Assembly (NCBI GenBank): GCA_019056785.1
Contig: DXJV01000094.1
Location: 1 to 11,694 of the forward strand
DNA: 11,694 nucleotides
From: Candidatus Heimdallarchaeota archaeon
GTDB lineage: Archaea; Asgardarchaeota; Heimdallarchaeia; JABLTI01
Direction: 5' to 3'
Made by a program: the position numbers and the translations under genes. The first letter of the stretch is position 1; each line of letters starts with the position of its first letter. This document shows positions 8,037 to 11,694 of this stretch, one piece after another. Under the pieces are notes generated by a model. The model was not told the origin of the DNA and searched no databases. It saw nothing but the letters and a program-made list of their open reading frames with translations.

Positions 8037-8873
8037 TTGGATCCGAAGAAAATTATCAGTAAAAACCTCATCATTTTTGTTGCAGCGACAATTCTAATTG
8101 TCTGGAATATTGGAAGTTTTCAATTAGCAGCACAAAAGAGCGTAACATCTCTCACTCCTTCCAAGAATGGTGTTCCAGGTGATGGCTTGGGAACGCCGGG
8201 AGTGCAACAGATTCAACCGCCTCTTGGAAATGTTACCAATCTTCCAAACGCCACCACGTATCTAAATATGTTTATCTTTAATTTACCCATTGAGTTGACT
8301 GTGGTCTTTTTAGGCGAATTCTTTATTGGGGCATTGGTGAAAACCGACAAGAAACGCTCGACTTTCTTGAGATTATTACAAACTCTGGGTGTGGGAACCT
8401 TATTGAGTGTCTTTTCAGGCTTAGTTAATTATCTTATTGTTTGGCCGGCAATGCATGATATGCCAATTCATTATCCAGATCCTTCCTTTGAGTATGTGCC
8501 GGCAGAAACATTCTTCACGCCAGCAGTCGATGTTGTTATGTATTTTGTCGCAATTATAATCATCCTCGCATTGCATTTTCTTGCATTTAAATTCCTCCTA
8601 GGATACAAGTATTCCTCAAGTGGGATTGGCATAATTATGCCAGCATTGTATTACTTTATTGTCTGGCGGTCCCTAACAAAACAAAAAATCCCACAAGCAT
8701 TTTGGGATAAAAGTCAGCAACATTTCTACTTGGCACTAATATTCGCAGGAGGATTTATTTTAATAAATGTGCTAATTCTGATCTGGAATTTATCCCTTGC
8801 AACGAGGAAAAAACCAGAGAAACGTGCAAAGGGAGCAGCACAAACATATGCCAGTAGTTTACATAATGACTAA
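8037..8873 (+). CDS. Hypothetical polytopic membrane protein (N-terminal TM/signal, Pro/Gly-rich linker, about 5-6 further TM helices, basic tail)
   Basis: 278-aa ORF with several long hydrophobic stretches. TTG start preceded by AAGGAAGG. No family motif recognised. Confidence 0.75.
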   Translation: MDPKKIISKNLIIFVAATILIVWNIGSFQLAAQKSVTSLTPSKNGVPGDGLGTPGVQQIQPPLGNVTNLPNATTYLNMFIFNLPIELTVVFLGEFFIGALVKTDKKRSTFLRLLQTLGVGTLLSVFSGLVNYLIVWPAMHDMPIHYPDPSFEYVPAETFFTPAVDVVMYFVAIIIILALHFLAFKFLLGYKYSSSGIGIIMPALYYFIVWRSLTKQKIPQAFWDKSQQHFYLALIFAGGFILINVLILIWNLSLATRKKPEKRAKGAAQTYASSLHND

Positions 8874-8890
8874 ATAAAAAAGTCTTGAAA

Positions 8891-8917
8891 CTTTCTCCTC
8901 TTTTTTCTCTTTTTTTT
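8891..8917 (+). terminator. Oligo-T/pyrimidine-tract terminator for 8037..8873
   Basis: Uninterrupted pyrimidine tract (CTTTCTCCTC, then T6 and T8 runs) starting 18 nt after the stop; typical of archaeal intrinsic termination. Confidence 0.6.
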
Positions 8918-8964
8918 GTATTATGTTGCGGTGAATTTTACTAGACAAGCCGAACGAATTTTCC

Positions 8965-8981
8965 ACAAAGGCTTTTTAATA
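8965..8981 (+). promoter_or_regulatory. Putative archaeal promoter (BRE-like ACAAAGG + TATA-like TTTTTAATA) with predicted start near 9001
   Basis: ACAAAGGCTTTTTAATA. A T/G initiator step at 9000/9001 lies about 25 nt downstream of the box centre. There is no plus-strand protein gene downstream for it to serve. Confidence 0.55.
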
Positions 8982-9000
8982 TCATACAAAAGTAGAAAGT

Positions 9001-9218
9001 GTAAACTTCGCCCCAGGAAAAGGGGACATCATTAAACTTGAAGTGACATTCCACTCGGAATGTCATTTAAACCTTCCAACGAACAATAACTCTAAGAATA
9101 CATTAACTTCCAATACCTTGTGAAGTAAGCTGTTAACCTCTATAAAACTTATTTTTCAAAGGCACCCACTCGTTAAACAGACAGGGGAACTTTTCCCCTG
9201 TCTCCTCCCTCTGCTTCT
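9001..9218 (+). ncRNA. Candidate structured non-coding RNA (about 200-220 nt) of unknown family
   Basis: Lies between convergent genes and has its own promoter-like element. Hairpins at 9011-9025, 9041-9068 (12 bp including one G-U on the + strand), 9106-9126 and 9179-9203 (11 bp perfect), followed by a pyrimidine tract. A repeated TAA(A)CYT motif runs through it. No plausible + strand ORF. Confidence 0.5.
9179..9203. terminator. Perfect 11-bp inverted repeat AGACAGGGGAA-CTT-TTCCCCTGTCT; 3' end hairpin of the candidate ncRNA and/or of the PHP operon mRNA
   Basis: Exact reverse complement seen directly. It sits 31 nt past the PHP stop on the minus strand and is followed by CCTCCCTCTGCTTCTT on the plus strand. 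Confidence 0.55.
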
Positions 9219-9234
9219 TAGTTGATTAAAAGTT

Positions 9235-9951
9235 CTAGTCTATTTGCTCGAGTATTTTTCGCAACAATTTTCGGACAGATTGTTGTAGTGTTTTTTCAAT
9301 GTCTTCTGGGGACATGCCTGCTCCTTTTAAAATTGCTTCTCCTTCTTCATAGGTTAACATATCGCTTGGTTTATGGCTGTCAGTATTTTGTATGAATTCT
9401 GCTCTGACGCTTTTACCAACCTTGACTGTATGGCCATTTGTCACGCCATGGGTTTTGTTTGAAGTTATTTCTAAGAAAATATCGTGTTTTTTACAGAGGG
9501 TTGCGACTTGTTTAGTAATTAATCCCGGATGGGCTAAAATATCTACCTCTTTGTTTTTTGCGGAAGCCAAATTTGTTCCCGGCTCTACCGGTTCAGAGAT
9601 TGTTTCCCCGTGGAGGACGATAAGTAGTGCATTTTTCTTTTTTGCCATCTCGACGATGCTATCAATAGCATCCACTGGTACGTGGGTTATTTCTACCCCT
9701 GGAATTGCAACCATCCCCCATTGTTTTATTGCTAATAAACAATCTCGAGTAACCTTCTCAATAATATCGAGGTTCGCTGCACTTACATGATCTGTAATGG
9801 CGTATGCTACATGGCCTTTTACATAGGCTCTTCGAAGCTGTTCGATTGGTAAGAGCGCTCCATCACTCAAAAATGAATGGGTGTGAAAGTCACATCGGCC
9901 AATCCGTGGTTGTGCCAATAATTCTTCAATTGCTTCTTTAAGAATTCTCAT
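9235..9951 (-). CDS. PHP-domain phosphoesterase (archaeal MJ1295-like 'histidinol phosphate phosphatase domain' family)
   Basis: Metal-binding motifs DFHTHS, AITDH, GVEITHVP, LHGETISEPV, ILAHPGLI and NTDSH. Ends with TAG. Confidence 0.9.
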   Translation of the reverse strand: MRILKEAIEELLAQPRIGRCDFHTHSFLSDGALLPIEQLRRAYVKGHVAYAITDHVSAANLDIIEKVTRDCLLAIKQWGMVAIPGVEITHVPVDAIDSIVEMAKKKNALLIVLHGETISEPVEPGTNLASAKNKEVDILAHPGLITKQVATLCKKHDIFLEITSNKTHGVTNGHTVKVGKSVRAEFIQNTDSHKPSDMLTYEEGEAILKGAGMSPEDIEKTLQQSVRKLLRKILEQID

Positions 9952-9975
9952 CTTCTCATCTCGACATTTTTTCTT

Positions 9976-10992
9976 TTATTCGCTTGTAAACTCCGGAATC
10001 TCCTCAATTCGCCAGCATAAAACTGTATGGTCATTTCCAAGGTCCACCAGAGGTGGCTCTTCTCGTCTGCATTTTTCAATTGCATATTCACATCGGGGAT
10101 GGAATCTACAGCCAGAGGGATAATTTGTTGGGTCAGGTTCATCGCCGGGGATGGGTTTGAGCCTCCCTCGTGGTGCCATACTAGGTGAAGCATAAAATAA
10201 TCCTTGTGTGAAAGGATGTTTTGGGTGGTAAAAAATTGTTTCTACATCACCATGTTCGATTATTTTCCCCGCATAAAGAATTGCCACGTAATCTGAAAGT
10301 TCTGCAAGGACCCCAAGATTATGGGCAATTAAAATCATCGTTAATTGATATTTCTCTTTCATAATTTGGAACAGGTCCAAGATTTGTCTGGCGACAGTTG
10401 CATCAATATTTGCTACTGGCTCATCAGCAATGACTAATGTTGGATTATTTATTAAAGCTGAAGCGATTTTAACTCGCTGACTTTCGCCCCCGCTTAATTG
10501 ATGGCTGAATTTCTCAGATGTTTTCACCGGCTCAGAAATAGCTACTACTTGGAGCTGACTTACAACCAGCATCTTTACTTCGGGGTTAGCGTATTTTTCT
10601 TTAGTATGTGCGCGAAATGGTTGACTCGTTGCAAATGTCATGTCTCTTGTGGGGTCAAAACTCCCAGGAGCGTTTTGGAGTATTAATGAAATCTCTTTCC
10701 CTCGGAGATCATTTAATACTTCTTCAGGTGCTTTTAAAAGGTCTTTGCCTTTGTAAATGACTTCTCCTTCCACAATTTTGCCTGGGCGTTCTACAAGGTT
10801 GAGGATGGAGCGCGCTAAAACAGATTTGCCTGAACCAGAGGGGCCAAGAATGCCAAGCGTTGTCCCTCGATAAATTTTAAAGGAAACCCCGTCTAAAATT
10901 TTGAAAACAACTTTGTATTTATTAGTATAATAGGTTTTCAAGTTCTGGACTTCTAGTAAGACTTCTTTATTGGTTTTAACAGTCAATTTCAC
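9976..10992 (-). CDS. Oligopeptide/dipeptide ABC transporter ATP-binding subunit (OppD/DppD-like) with C-terminal Cys-rich domain
   Basis: Walker A GPSGSGKS, signature LSGGE, Walker B VIADEP, H-loop IAHN, HPFT, and GCRFHPRC...C...C tail. GTG start. Confidence 0.93.
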   Translation of the reverse strand: MKLTVKTNKEVLLEVQNLKTYYTNKYKVVFKILDGVSFKIYRGTTLGILGPSGSGKSVLARSILNLVERPGKIVEGEVIYKGKDLLKAPEEVLNDLRGKEISLILQNAPGSFDPTRDMTFATSQPFRAHTKEKYANPEVKMLVVSQLQVVAISEPVKTSEKFSHQLSGGESQRVKIASALINNPTLVIADEPVANIDATVARQILDLFQIMKEKYQLTMILIAHNLGVLAELSDYVAILYAGKIIEHGDVETIFYHPKHPFTQGLFYASPSMAPRGRLKPIPGDEPDPTNYPSGCRFHPRCEYAIEKCRREEPPLVDLGNDHTVLCWRIEEIPEFTSE

Positions 10993-11010
10993 TCAACATC
11001 GAGTAGTTAT

Positions 11011-11694
11011 TTAGTACCATTTATCTTTTAACCATGGTTCATTAAGGAATTTCCATTTCTCTGGATTTTCAAGGAATGAAAGATAAAATGGCTTTTCTGT
11101 AACCTTTTCCGGTTCTTTTTCGCGGACGATGATTCGTTGATGATAGGTTGGATTTCGAATCCATGTATCGTTAGCATGATAGAGATACGCCGCCCCTTTC
11201 TGCTTTCTAATTGGCTCATACCGAGAAGAGAATTCAGAGCTGACCAAATTATTCATAACTAACAGTTTATCCTTCGTAGGGTTTACAGTCACATGCCCAT
11301 AGCCTGGGGGAATGAGAACTTGATCGCCAGCAAATGCTTGAATAATAATAATCTCAATGGGATCTTTCTTTTTCTTGGTCTCTTTCTGGAGCAAATAGAC
11401 TGCTTTGCCATGCATGACTTCATATGCTTCTGGAAAACTTTCTTTCCCTTTTTGGACAGGCGGATGGAAATGACCAGCGGTTTTAACATATTCTCGTCCA
11501 AGCATTCGTGGAGGAATGATGGTAATATCAAACCGGATTTTATGTTTTTGAAAGAGTTCGTGATCTTCTTTTCGAATGAATTCGCGATACATATAATAGA
11601 GGTCCAAATTTTCCTTCTGATTAGCGAACCAATCAGCATCATAAATTACCTCTTTCATATCAAACAGTTTTCTAGTTGTATAAGTGGGGTTTTC
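11011..11694 (-). CDS. Cupin-type (archaeal) glucose-6-phosphate isomerase family protein; 5' end probably outside the window
   Basis: RFDITIIPP, EYVKTAGHFHP, FPEAYEVMHG, IPPGYGHVTVN and GAAY are cupin-PGI motifs. The frame stays open upstream of ATG 11658 to the window edge (ENPTYTTRKLFD-MKEV), so the true start is probably beyond 11694. Confidence 0.88.
   Translation of the reverse strand, partial: ENPTYTTRKLFDMKEVIYDADWFANQKENLDLYYMYREFIRKEDHELFQKHKIRFDITIIPPRMLGREYVKTAGHFHPPVQKGKESFPEAYEVMHGKAVYLLQKETKKKKDPIEIIIIQAFAGDQVLIPPGYGHVTVNPTKDKLLVMNNLVSSEFSSRYEPIRKQKGAAYLYHANDTWIRNPTYHQRIIVREKEPEKVTEKPFYLSFLENPEKWKFLNEPWLKDKWY

Noticed and set aside
9010-9062. ORB-like replication origin boxes (TTCCACTCGGAA; GGAAAAGGGG)
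   Set aside because: Only a loose resemblance to TTCCAGTGGAAA + G-string. It is not repeated, there is no adjacent orc1/cdc6, and it is better explained as hairpin arms.
8941-9066. 41-codon minus-strand ORF (MTFRVECHFKF...VRLV)
   Set aside because: Short, with no recognisable motif. It lies downstream of the 9179-9203 hairpin and runs antisense through the promoter-like element.
9041-9068. SECIS element (AUGA on the minus strand) serving the PHP operon
   Set aside because: There is no opposing GA for the tandem G-A quartet, no apical AA, and no in-frame TGA in the neighbouring genes.
9001-9203. CRISPR array or TIGR-like guide array
   Set aside because: The recurring motif is only 6-13 nt, degenerate and irregularly spaced. 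There are no clear box C/D motifs and no cas/Tas-like gene in the window.
1013-9237. Genome-wide TAG reassignment
   Set aside because: The DsrE-like (1013-1015) and PHP (9237-9235) genes end in TAG at expected C-termini, and only one internal TAG was found among the genes here.
192-11642. Shadow ORFs 192..416, 4457..4648, 4824..5231, 5928..6143, 6079..6339, 7203..7556, 9392..9790, 9948..10193, 10498..10686, 11028..11219 and 11289..11642
   Set aside because: All overlap well-supported genes antisense or out of frame and show no family motifs. The His-rich 4824..5231 simply mirrors the GAT-rich Asp repeats.

Overview
AT-rich, gene-dense window with archaeal hallmarks: BRE/TATA-like promoters, oligo-T terminators, a cupin-type PGI, an MJ1295-like PHP protein, and a surface protein with a C-terminal GF-TM-basic anchor. 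The gene mix suggests an Asgard (Heimdall-like) archaeon, but that is an unverified inference. Left to right it holds: the start of a citrate lyase operon (citD, 5' end of citE), a DsrE-like protein, a TPR protein, a large secreted LVIVD beta-propeller/Asp-rich Ca-repeat protein, a BtpA/SgcQ protein, a second TPR protein, a CoA-pyrophosphatase-type Nudix hydrolase, an unknown polytopic membrane protein, and a minus-strand cluster of cupin PGI, an orphan OppD/DppD-type ATPase and a PHP hydrolase. Two features stand out. (1) The surface protein gene (2156-5263) is interrupted by one in-frame TAG at 2384-2386. The reading frame and repeat pattern continue cleanly through it, and a stem-loop begins 5 nt downstream. 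(2) The 361-bp gap between two convergent genes (8874-9234) carries its own BRE-TATA-like promoter, followed by about 200 nt of hairpins interleaved with a repeated (CA/G)TTAA(A)CYT motif every 30-40 nt. This is a candidate undescribed non-coding RNA.
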